From: Nitrosopumilus sp.
GTDB taxonomy: Archaea > Thermoproteota > Nitrososphaeria > Nitrososphaerales > Nitrosopumilaceae
DNA length: 64,000 nucleotides
Direction: 5' to 3'
Assembly: GCA_965205425.1 (NCBI GenBank)
Contig: CBDBGZ010000009.1
Coordinates: forward strand, 992,001 to 1,056,000
Position 1 is the stretch's first letter. The number at the start of each line of letters is the position of its first letter. Below are positions 51,427 through 60,450 of this stretch, piece after piece. Both the position numbers and the translations under genes were made by a program. Under the pieces are notes generated by a model. It saw only the letters and a list, made by a program, of their open reading frames with translations. It did no database searches and was not told the origin of the DNA.

Positions 51427-52746
51427 CAGTAGATGGGAAAGTAACTCAATTTAGATCAAAAACTATCAATTATTCAATCAATCTATTCAGATAGAAAAAG
51501 CTTGATGGAAGTATGTCACTCCATCAAATATGCATTGTACTTCATTTGATACCATGACACACCAAGGTGTAGTACTATCAAAAGCATTTGATATTATCAC
51601 TAAAATAATGTACAATATCTTATTGTTTCCATGCTCTAGTAAAAATAACTCACGGTTCCACAATGCTGATGCACACAATTCTATCATGTCATTGTGTTTG
51701 GGAAATTCATATTCTGAATCTGGATTGAAGAGACTGGCAATGGAATCAGATAATGCTTCTCCAACGGGTTTCATGGTTGAGAAAAATCATATCAAAAATA
51801 TCACAAAAAACAATGCAAATTCAATTACATCGTTCACTGGATAGTACCATATCAAAATTACAAGAATTGGGAGTATTGGAGCAACCAGTTACTGTAGCAA
51901 TTGACAAACATCTAATCCCAAGATATGACAAATTGCCAAATCATTCTTTAATAAAATCAAAATCAAAAAACAGTACTACTCATTTTGAGAGTTACTGCAC
52001 CATGCAGTGCGTTGAAAAAAGAATCAGGGCTCAATTAGGTTGTTATCCTTTGTATGACAACAAATCAAATGCCGGTTTTGTGCGTAAATTACTCTCTGAT
52101 GGCATCAATAATGGAATCAAGATTAAACTATTGCTAGTGGATAGGGAGTTTTTCACAGCTGGAACAATTTCAGAAATAAAACAAAAGAATCTGAAATTTC
52201 TAATGCCTGCAAAAAAGAATTCTCGAATCAAAGATGCCATTTTACAATACGTTAATGGAGATAGAAAGTCAATCTCGCCATACACAATAAAATCATCATC
52301 AGGACATGTAGAATCATTTACTCTAGTTATTCTGCCAAACAAAAATGCAAGAAAAAAATCAGATATTATTGATCAGTATGTTGTGTTTGCAACAAACGTT
52401 TCACCAAAAGAAATATCATATAACATACAAAACATTCCAACTGATTACAAGAAACGTTGGGGAATTGAAACAGGCTATGCATGTGTGGGAAGGTTCAGAC
52501 CAAAAACCACCAGTTCAAACCAATCCATAAGATTGTTGTATTTTTACTATTCATTGATTTTGTACAATGCATGGATAATTGCTAATTTGATTATCTCAGA
52601 AGAAACCAATGTACAAAATCACAAACCAATAATATCAATTGAAATTCTCAAATATTTCTTTGTAAAGATAATTATTCATTACTTTAGAAATAACAAAAAT
52701 AATTATTTTCTAGAATGTGTAATTTGATGTACTTTCCCATCTACTG
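51427..52746 (+). mobile_element. ISH3-like (IS4 superfamily) insertion sequence
   Basis: Perfect 17-bp TIR CAGTAGATGGGAAAGTA; no matching TSD on its own two flanks. Confidence 0.88.
51530..52727 (+). pseudogene. ISH3-like transposase interrupted by a single-base frameshift
   Basis: VAID...PRY, LVDREF, YKKRWGIETGY motifs; removing one base in GGGTTT at 51766-51771 fuses ...NASPTG to SWLRKII. Confidence 0.75.
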
Positions 52747-53081
52747 AGAATGGAGACGACGATGATTCCTGGCACAAAGAGACATTTGATTTGTTCCCTT
52801 ACAAGTCCAGTAATTTCAAGGTACGATTTGTAGCATCAATGAGCTCTCCAAGTGAAGATGTAGGCATTGATGATGTAAAGATTACATCACAAAGTACTTT
52901 ATCTACAACTGTGAAAAAGTTTTATGGCGGCCAGCAAATGCTAATGTCACAAAATGTTACTACTACTACTGATATAGATATTGTACCAGGAACCATAACC
53001 ATTGGTGCCACTACAACTGATGGCCAAGTTGGATTTGTCACAGCAGGCCATGTTTTAAAACCTACTAATTTGTCCAGTTAA
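52747..53081 (+). pseudogene. Internal fragment of a secreted S1-type serine protease gene
   Basis: Frame starts at the IS end; jelly-roll-like VGIDDVKI followed by GTITIGATTTDGQVGFVTAGHV (TAGH catalytic-His motif), then breaks off. Confidence 0.6.
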
Positions 53082-53190
53082 TTCTTAGACTTTAGAAAAT
53101 AATTGGACAAATGAAAGCCAAAAAGGGAAAATCCTAAGAGGCTTGGAAAAATGGATTATAACGCCATGCGTTTGCTGGGTATATGAAATT

Positions 53191-53346
53191 TTAGAAGTTC
53201 CAATACTTGATTAAAACTAAAATCAAGAAAATAATCAAACCAGTTTCAAATATTCCAATTCTAAATATCTGAAACTTGCCAACTCTCTTAATCCATTTTA
53301 CTAGAAAACTATCCTTTAACTTGAATTTCTTAGTAGAGTTTTGCAT
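53191..53346 (-). CDS. Small basic membrane protein (51 aa, absent from ORF track)
   Basis: MQNSTKKFKLKDSFLVKWIKRVGKFQIFRIGIFETGLIIFLILVLIKYWNF. Confidence 0.5.
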   Translation of the reverse strand: MQNSTKKFKLKDSFLVKWIKRVGKFQIFRIGIFETGLIIFLILVLIKYWNF

Positions 53347-53566
53347 ATACTAATAATTGATTTGATTGATAATTAATGTATCTGAATTTTTTTAATTTAT
53401 GATATTCGTTAGTCTTTGTACGGTGCTTTTTCCTGGTCCTAAAAATTGTCCTGGTGTTTCAATTGAAAATAGGCACGATTTTGAATGTTTTTTGAATTTG
53501 GTTTTAGTGCTGTTTTTGGCATGTTTGAATTCAGTTACAATATAACGATATTAGATAAATTACAAC

Positions 53567-53845
53567 TCATAATTTATTATGTGGCGTGTCTTTTTTCATT
53601 TCTTTTTCAAGTCTTCTAGCCTGATGAATGCCCATATATGCTACAGTGAAATTTTTTGCATGTGGTCTAAGAGACCTTTTAGTTTTATTTACTGTGAAAT
53701 CGTCTTTTTGATAGTATGATTGTAACCTGTGGCGTAATACTTTAGATACCCCTACATATTCCAGTTTTCTATTTTTGTTGAAAATTTGGTAATATCCTGA
53801 AACATTTTTTATTTTTGATATATTTTCTTTGTTTAGTTTTTTCAT
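53567..53845 (-). CDS. Stand-alone GIY-YIG nuclease domain protein
   Basis: SGYYQI...LEYVGVSKVLRHRLQSY...RRLEKEM. Confidence 0.85.
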   Translation of the reverse strand: MKKLNKENISKIKNVSGYYQIFNKNRKLEYVGVSKVLRHRLQSYYQKDDFTVNKTKRSLRPHAKNFTVAYMGIHQARRLEKEMKKDTPHNKL

Positions 53846-53851
53846 TTTATC

Positions 53852-53989
53852 TTAACCAATTCTAAACATACCAGTATTGCATTTGGCACATTTGCCTTTA
53901 GTTGCAGGTCTACCGTTCTTCATCTTTGTTTTGGTTGCACCTTTCATAGTTCTCTTTGATTTGCACTTTACACAATATCCCATAGTCAT
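53852..53989 (-). CDS. 45-aa basic zinc-ribbon protein (DUF5679-like, absent from ORF track)
   Basis: MTMGYCVKCKSKRTMKGATKTKMKNGRPATKGKCAKCNTGMFRIG. Confidence 0.85.
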   Translation of the reverse strand: MTMGYCVKCKSKRTMKGATKTKMKNGRPATKGKCAKCNTGMFRIG

Positions 53990-54026
53990 AGTATTGTATG
54001 ATTATAACTGATATATGAGGATAAAA

Positions 54027-55700
54027 TCAGTTCGACAATACGACATCAGCAGATATTTTTAGATTCCCCAATAGTTGTAATACTGCCCTTAGTTGTGATT
54101 GTCCTTTTGGCAATACTAGACCACTGGTAAATTCATTGATGTTTTGAGTTGTTTTTCCAGCGGTGTTTATCCGTCCTATTGAATTAAGAATTTCAAACCA
54201 TTCATCATTTGATCCTTTGGATTCTAGTCCTATTTTTATGGATTTTGCACTAGTATCTACTGCTTCATGTTTTGAGAATTGTAATAATGATGGATTGTTT
54301 TCTACTTGTTTTACAGTTAGCAAAAAATTTCTTAGATTTTCTGGAACATAATCGGGGAATAGCACTTCAAAGAATCCCATAACTCGATTCGGTAAATATT
54401 CCATTCCGTTAACTGGTAGATTATTTAGAATTTCAACAAGTCCTACATGAGGATCTTCAATTGGTATATCGAATAAAGAACCGTTAATATCTCGTTTTCG
54501 TAAAGACCAGTTAATACTATCAGCTTCTAAACAGTCCTCAACTATTAAACTGAATGTAATTATTTTTTTAAATCTCAAATACCTAAACGTAGTTGAGAAA
54601 TTAATATCTAAATTTGAATCATCATAGTTATCTTTCTCAAATAATAAAGTTGGATTTGAAAAGTCTTGAGAGTTTGAACCCTCAACTGTTATTTTATTTA
54701 CATTGTTTGAGAAAATTCTTTTTCCCACATAGGAATATTCATATCTGGAATGCTGTGTTGTATGACGACCATTCCTAAAATCAGCAGTAAAGAAAGTTGA
54801 ATAAAAAATACTGGAAAGATAAACAAACTTTACATCTATATCAAAGTCAGATGATGAAGATAAAACAAAGTTAAATTCTTTATTTACATTTAGTAGGTTG
54901 TTTGTGTCAAATATTGTAATATCACTATCATATACGCCATTAGCATTAGTGGGATTAAATAGATTGTTTGATTCATCATAGAATCCGAATCCAGTGGGTA
55001 GACCTGTAGTGATTCTATCAGTGTTTACTTCATAATCCCAAGACATACCATTTTTAGATTCAACAGTACCAGATTTTGTTAATACTGAATTATTCCCCCA
55101 GTAACCGTTTTGTAGTTTGTCTAAAAAGTCAACAGGTGGTGCATTGTGAATTTCAGATATTATTAATGCCGAACCAGCAGATCTAGACAGTATCGTAAAT
55201 GACAGATTAGAATATCCTGTAATATCAAATTCTTTATAATATTTTTCTGATACTTTATTCATGTATGAATTATCAAATAGCGATATTTTTTTTGATATTT
55301 GGGATAGTTGCTGGATTGTAAATGGTATGAGAATTGAAGATATGGGAATGTCCTCAAAGTCCAGTTCCAAACTTATTCCTAATTTGGATTCAGAAATTTC
55401 AGAATCATCATAATTATGTATGTATATTTTCATCTCATCATCCCTATCTAAAAATGGAATTTCCGCCCTGATTGGGAATTGAGAGTATTTTAGAAGTTTG
55501 TTGTTGTTTAGGTTGTTCTCGTATACTGTAATTCCGTTTTTTGTGATTCTGACCTTGCCGAATTTGGCAAAATAGATGTTGGGCAATAGATCAAACTTGT
55601 TTATCCAAAGTCGTGATTTTGTAATGTTTTGGTATTCGAATGTTTTTACTGGTGATGTTGATTGAACCTGTAACAGTTCGTTAAATGTGTCGTATGTCAT
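54027..55700 (-). CDS. Putative viral spike/turret (receptor-binding) protein
   Basis: Beta-rich; N-terminal ~115 aa aligns by eye with the 147-aa ORF; discoidin-like VEGSNSQDFS...FRYLRF segment; in capsid operon. Confidence 0.55.
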   Translation of the reverse strand: MTYDTFNELLQVQSTSPVKTFEYQNITKSRLWINKFDLLPNIYFAKFGKVRITKNGITVYENNLNNNKLLKYSQFPIRAEIPFLDRDDEMKIYIHNYDDSEISESKLGISLELDFEDIPISSILIPFTIQQLSQISKKISLFDNSYMNKVSEKYYKEFDITGYSNLSFTILSRSAGSALIISEIHNAPPVDFLDKLQNGYWGNNSVLTKSGTVESKNGMSWDYEVNTDRITTGLPTGFGFYDESNNLFNPTNANGVYDSDITIFDTNNLLNVNKEFNFVLSSSSDFDIDVKFVYLSSIFYSTFFTADFRNGRHTTQHSRYEYSYVGKRIFSNNVNKITVEGSNSQDFSNPTLLFEKDNYDDSNLDINFSTTFRYLRFKKIITFSLIVEDCLEADSINWSLRKRDINGSLFDIPIEDPHVGLVEILNNLPVNGMEYLPNRVMGFFEVLFPDYVPENLRNFLLTVKQVENNPSLLQFSKHEAVDTSAKSIKIGLESKGSNDEWFEILNSIGRINTAGKTTQNINEFTSGLVLPKGQSQLRAVLQLLGNLKISADVVLSN

Positions 55701-55882
55701 AGTATTACCTGATAGATTGCGGTGATTGATGATATTATGGCAATTGAGATTAAGATAAGGTCTTTCTTTGTCTTTTCTTTTCGCTGTTTTTCCTTAATAT
55801 GATTGTCTAGTTTTTCCTCCATCTTTGATAATCTGTTGCACAGATCGTCTAGTTTTGTCAGTATCATTTGTTCCAAAGTCAT
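55697..55882 (-). CDS. Small coiled-coil plus C-terminal TM protein (putative virion membrane or holin-like)
   Basis: KLDDLCNRLSKMEEKLDNHI followed by LILISIAIISSITAIYQVIL; ATGA overlap with next gene. Confidence 0.7.
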   Translation of the reverse strand: MTLEQMILTKLDDLCNRLSKMEEKLDNHIKEKQRKEKTKKDLILISIAIISSITAIYQVIL

Positions 55883-55899
55883 CTAATACACATCCAGTT

Positions 55900-56208
55900 T
55901 TATTTTACTACTCTGAAATCATTGGCAGAAAATATGCGGACTATTGTTCCAGCCTTTAGTTTAAAGCGATATGCAAGTTCTGTTGATGTTGGTATTTCCT
56001 CATCATTTACGTCTAAAATTCCTGAAACTAACGCCCTAATTTCTGCATCTCTTCGGTTGCGGGTAGTTTGGTCATTTGCAACTATCCATAATCCAGTATT
56101 TCCATTTGTTGATGAATCCGCGATTTTTTTTGCGTTCTCGTATGATGGCATGTCTCTGGATACGATAAATGGGTGATGGGGATTCGGTAAGTTTGGAATG
56201 AGTGGCAT
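55900..56208 (-). CDS. Hypothetical viral protein
   Basis: Abuts the stop of the upstream gene in a tight operon. Confidence 0.65.
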   Translation of the reverse strand: MPLIPNLPNPHHPFIVSRDMPSYENAKKIADSSTNGNTGLWIVANDQTTRNRRDAEIRALVSGILDVNDEEIPTSTELAYRFKLKAGTIVRIFSANDFRVVK

Positions 56209-56652
56209 TTAATCACCAATTCCAACTAGAACAGAAGTCGTAATTTTTGCTTTATCTGTTCCATTCCATACAAAAAACGACAGTTCGGAATCTCTTTTGA
56301 ATTTTCGCTCCCTGTCAAATTTCAATGTTAGATTTTTGGTCAGTTTGAAATCACCAGTTTTATCATTCTCAAAAATTACAACACCACCCAATTCTATTTT
56401 TAACATTCCCTTTTCTTGGAATGTATCATCAAAAGTCAAGGATAGTTCAGTGATCAGAATATCCTTGTTGTATGGGTTTTTGAATGTCAAATTGGGTTTT
56501 AATGATAATTTTGAATCTGTCGATTCGATTGTAAATAACTTTGAATATGAATAGTCCAATACATCACGAACCAGTAAAACATTCAAAGTTGATGATAGTC
56601 TAGACTTTATTGATTCAAGTAATGTTATGTCGGTTATGTTTTCAGTAGACAT
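56209..56652 (-). CDS. Putative single-jelly-roll penton/vertex protein
   Basis: 147 aa with alternating beta-strand pattern; paralogous to spike N-terminus; downstream of capsid gene. Confidence 0.55.
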   Translation of the reverse strand: MSTENITDITLLESIKSRLSSTLNVLLVRDVLDYSYSKLFTIESTDSKLSLKPNLTFKNPYNKDILITELSLTFDDTFQEKGMLKIELGGVVIFENDKTGDFKLTKNLTLKFDRERKFKRDSELSFFVWNGTDKAKITTSVLVGIGD

Positions 56653-56658
56653 GATTTA

Positions 56659-57327
56659 TCAAAAATTGCTATAATTCCTCGTGTATCTTGTAGCTCTTTG
56701 TGCTTCGGCTTGTTTTCGTTGTGCGGTTGCTTTACTGTTTGTGCTAGAATGAGTTGGCACGTTTCGTCCACCTCTGGTAGGTCTTTTGGATGTAGTTGGT
56801 CCTAATGATGAATTAGTTCTATTAGTTGACAATGAGTTGATTCTATCGGTGATGCTTGTTCTTACGCCTGTAGAGTTGCGTTGTATTTGTCCACGTCTAA
56901 TATCTGATGATGTAACGCTAGGATTGTTTTTGTATACGGTTCTTGATGATGTGCCAAGATTTGGAACGTAGGTATTTTGTGATTGTTGTTGAATTTGTGA
57001 ATATGAGTATGGGATAGTTGGTTTTGGCGGTGATTTTACAGTTGGTATGTTATGATAGATTTGTTGGTTTTGTTGTGGTTGTTGTGGTTGTTGTTGTGGG
57101 TTTTGATTTGGGTTATCTGTAGATTCAGGTGCAGTAGTATCAGGTGATGTATTATCTGAACTGCCACCAGAACCAGTAATCTTATTGTCAAGGAATTTGT
57201 TTAGTCTTGCATAGGCATTTTCTCTTTGAGAGTACAAGGCAAGTAATACAATTGCAATACCGCCAACTACTACAAGACCCGAACCCAAGGCAAATGTCTT
57301 TTTGGCAATTTTTAGTTTATTAGCCAT
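56659..57327 (-). CDS. Putative virion membrane protein with low-complexity Q/N/S/T/R tail
   Basis: TM GLVVVGGIAIVLLALY followed by a disordered, basic C-terminus. Confidence 0.65.
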   Translation of the reverse strand: MANKLKIAKKTFALGSGLVVVGGIAIVLLALYSQRENAYARLNKFLDNKITGSGGSSDNTSPDTTAPESTDNPNQNPQQQPQQPQQNQQIYHNIPTVKSPPKPTIPYSYSQIQQQSQNTYVPNLGTSSRTVYKNNPSVTSSDIRRGQIQRNSTGVRTSITDRINSLSTNRTNSSLGPTTSKRPTRGGRNVPTHSSTNSKATAQRKQAEAQRATRYTRNYSNF

Positions 57328-57643
57328 CTTGTCTCCTGTTTTGTGATAGTGAGAATCGATTACCGAACCGTTGGTTTTTTGTTTGGTGTGGTTCTCCAGT
57401 AAGTGGTTTTTGTGGTGGTGCTGAATCAGATTTTAATGCCAAATATGCAGATTCCCCAAATATTGCAGTGTATAGATTGCCACCTAATCCCCTGGAATCG
57501 ATTTTTTTCCTTTGCTCTAAATCATATTCTTTTGTGTCTTTGTATGTTGAATCTAGTTTAGATTGGATTGTATCTTTGTATGAGTATAGAACAGCGATTC
57601 CACCGATTAGCACGATTCCGCCAAAAAATAAAGGCAAAACCAA
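57320..57643 (-). CDS. Putative virion membrane protein
   Basis: N-terminal TM LFFGGIVLIGGIAVLY; starts 3 nt after the capsid stop. Confidence 0.65.
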   Translation of the reverse strand: MVLPLFFGGIVLIGGIAVLYSYKDTIQSKLDSTYKDTKEYDLEQRKKIDSRGLGGNLYTAIFGESAYLALKSDSAPPQKPLTGEPHQTKNQRFGNRFSLSQNRRQDG

Positions 57644-57645
57644 GG

Positions 57646-58577
57646 TTATTCACCAGTAATGATATATCTCTTGTATTGACGAATTGCGTTCTCTTTGGAA
57701 GTAGTAGGTTTGGCAGTTATGAACTTCCACTTTATTGCATCAACATTTACGTTTGCTAGTCCACCGTTTCGTATATCTGCCCAGTCAATCATTACTATGC
57801 CTGTAGGATTATCTGATTCAAATCCAAAGTCGGCTTTTTGTGATCTTTGCAAGTCGGCAAAAAAGTCATGATAAATTGCTTCACCGCCACCCTTGACGTT
57901 CTCTAGTTTGATTTGTTTGATAACATCATTGTCATAAGTGGGATCTCCATCAGTAATATTCTTGAGACCTAAAAGAATAGTTTGAAGGTGTAAAGCCGAT
58001 ACTGGTCTAACTGAAACTGGTAATTCATCAGCAGGGTAGGATTTGTATTCTCGGGATATTTCATCTTGTGAAACGCCTTCGTTAATTCTAGTTAAATTAT
58101 CAAGGATTGATTGTATTTGATTTTCACCTTGTCCGTTGTCATAGACCTCAATGATAGATGCCCTTACCTTTGTTTTGGAATCAATTTCAGTGTTATTTGC
58201 AGTTCCCAAAATATCTGAAATTGAACCCCATGTTAGTTTTAGTTGCAATGAGCCTAGTAATTGTGCTGGGAGTAATGCCCTTACATCACTGATTAGATTT
58301 CTCTCAAAAGCAAAGTCTATGGGAATTTCGACATGGAATGTTTTTGAAGTATCTGCATCAGGTATTGAAAATGTGTCCTTGTGAATTTTTACACCATAGC
58401 CGAATCTTAACGCCTCGGCATAGGTTTTCAAATCACAGTCAAAGATATTATCATTTCCGTTAAGAATGACTTCAATTCTTTTGAGTATGTTTAGAATGTC
58501 GCCTTTTTTTACAGTTGTTCCTTTTGTTGTTCCTGTTTTTACTGTAACATCCAAATGTAATGATAAACGTCTAAGTA
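57646..58577 (-). pseudogene. Double-jelly-roll major capsid protein (STIV B345-like), 5'-truncated by MITE
   Basis: Frame open up to the MITE end (..LRRLSLHLDVTVKTG); colinear similarity by eye to the STIV capsid protein as recalled, over both jelly rolls. Confidence 0.75.
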
Positions 58578-58749
58578 CAGTAGATGGGAAAGTAAAATTT
58601 GATTCTTTGAATTTCGGTTAGTTCATACTGATTTCATGACGATATTTTTGTCAGTGCTATAATTTGAGCATGATATTTTCATAGGCACAAAATTAACATA
58701 AAAAAACTAGTGAAAATCGTACAACTGAAATCTACTTTCCCAAGTACTG
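58578..58749. mobile_element. 172-bp MITE with ISH3-like ends
   Basis: Left end CAGTAGATGGGAAAGTA identical to the TIR of the IS at 51427; right end TACTTTCCCAAGTACTG (15/17 match). Confidence 0.88.
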
Positions 58750-58787
58750 TACATTATCGGCCTTAAATCAATTTCAAACATCTCTGT

Positions 58788-59174
58788 ATGGTAGTAATTA
58801 TGTCAGTAACTAAATCAAAACCTCTTTCCTCAAAACAACTTCTCAAAGACCCCTCAAAAATGGAAAATGTAGAGAAATTAATTGAACTAGTAAAATTAAA
58901 AAACCCATCAATCGTATTCATCACTGGTCCTATTCACTCAGGTAAATCTACTCTAATAGACATGATAAAAGATTCTAGTTTTCACACAACCATCCTCATT
59001 GAACCAAGACTAAACCACACTGAAATACACCATGATACCATTGATGGGAATCTTCTCATAGAATGTCAATTAGACTATGATAAACTTCCTGGCTTGATCA
59101 GAACTGATATTCCAAACACAATACTTGTAAAAATGGAATATCCCAATTTCATCAAATCAATCCAAGTTCTCTAA
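58788..59174 (+). CDS. Short P-loop NTPase-like protein
   Basis: IVFITGPIHSGKST Walker A; only 128 aa. Confidence 0.6.
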   Translation: MVVIMSVTKSKPLSSKQLLKDPSKMENVEKLIELVKLKNPSIVFITGPIHSGKSTLIDMIKDSSFHTTILIEPRLNHTEIHHDTIDGNLLIECQLDYDKLPGLIRTDIPNTILVKMEYPNFIKSIQVL

Positions 59175-59304
59175 CATTCTGTATTTTTACTTTGTTTCCC
59201 AACCCCAAATAACCATCAACACTCTTTGATGCTTTAAAATCATTTCTGATTCTATTGCATTGCAATCATTTTATTGTACAGACAAACTTTCATTTTCAAT
59301 TCAT

Positions 59305-60450
59305 TAGTTAAGGCATTAAATATTTGAATAATTTCACAACTCGAACGTCTCCATTATCTAATCTCTTCTGCATGTGTTTTCTCATCTCAGTTCCATTTGC
59401 AAAGAATGTATTGGCATTACCATTTTTCTCTTCTCTCCACTGTACCTCAATTGGATTGAGTTCTGGGGTGTATGCAGGAAAATATCTTATGATTACATTT
59501 CTTTTTGATACCTTGAGAAATTCTTTTACTCTGACACTTTTGTGGTATGATGCATTGTCTGCAAATAATAACAGTTTCTTACCAAATTGTTTCTGCAAGG
59601 ATTTTAAGAAATCAAGAAATGAGTCTGTGTTTGATTTATCATAGAACCTACAAAAAAATACGCCGTCATCCCCCAATGCACCAAATGATTGAAATTTTTC
59701 TCGAGTGTAATTAATTGGCGTGGTAATGTTATTCTCTGCAAGATACCATCCGCGCTTTATGTTAGGTGCTATCTTGTTTGTTGACTCATCCAGACATAGT
59801 GTGATATGTCCCAATTTGGAATATTTTTTGATACTCCTTTTTGCGTTTTTTTAAAACGGGTTTGTTCCTCTTTTGAGGCTGATTTGTGATGTGTGGGACG
59901 TGGTTTTTTTGATGAGAATCCAATTCTGTGCAGCAATTCACGCATTCCTCTTGCAGAGTATAGGGTGTTGTATTTTTTATTCACATGTGTAATTACCATT
60001 CTTATACTCCACATGAATTGGTTAAATCCAAACTTTTCTGGACCTGAAATCAGATCATTTCTTAATGATACTAGCTGTTTTTCATTTAGAAAACATCTAG
60101 AACCAGAATATTTCTTGCGGTGTGATGCAGATATTCCCTCTTCATCCATTCGATTTAGCCAGTAGGACAGAGTTGATGGTATGACATCCAGACTTGCACA
60201 TATCACAGAATACGGAATATTTTGTTTTCTTAGTATTGCAGCCTTTAATCTTATCTTTGCTTTTGCATTTTTTTCATTCTTGCATACTTTTCTTAAAAAA
60301 TTAATGCTTGTACCTTTCATGAATTGATTTCCAGAGGAAACCTTGGATTGTCTTGTACTCTTTGACATGGTTTCATGAATTGATTCTACGATCTAGATCT
60401 TTTGAGTTAAAATACTTGACAGTTTATTCAAAATTTATATGCCTAAACTA
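59305..60450 (-). mobile_element. IS630-family insertion sequence nested in the IS5 transposase gene
   Basis: TIR TAGTTAAGGCATTAAATATTTGAATAA vs reverse-complemented TAGTTTAGGCATATAAATTTTGAATAA. Confidence 0.9.
59308..60368 (-). CDS. IS630 transposase, two frames joined by a probable -1 frameshift
   Basis: HTH orfA ends RFKK at an A7C run (59845-59852); the -1 frame is open into LDES, DNASYH, YTPELNPIE. Confidence 0.85.

Noticed and set aside
51766..51771. Programmed frameshift in the ISH3-like transposase
   Set aside because: Needs a +1 shift with no typical slippery heptamer; a single-base insertion (mutation or sequencing error) is simpler.
58788..59174. P-loop ORF as the viral packaging ATPase
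   Set aside because: Only 128 aa, on the opposite strand to the capsid operon, outside the MITE boundary, and lacking recognisable FtsK/HerA/A32 motifs.
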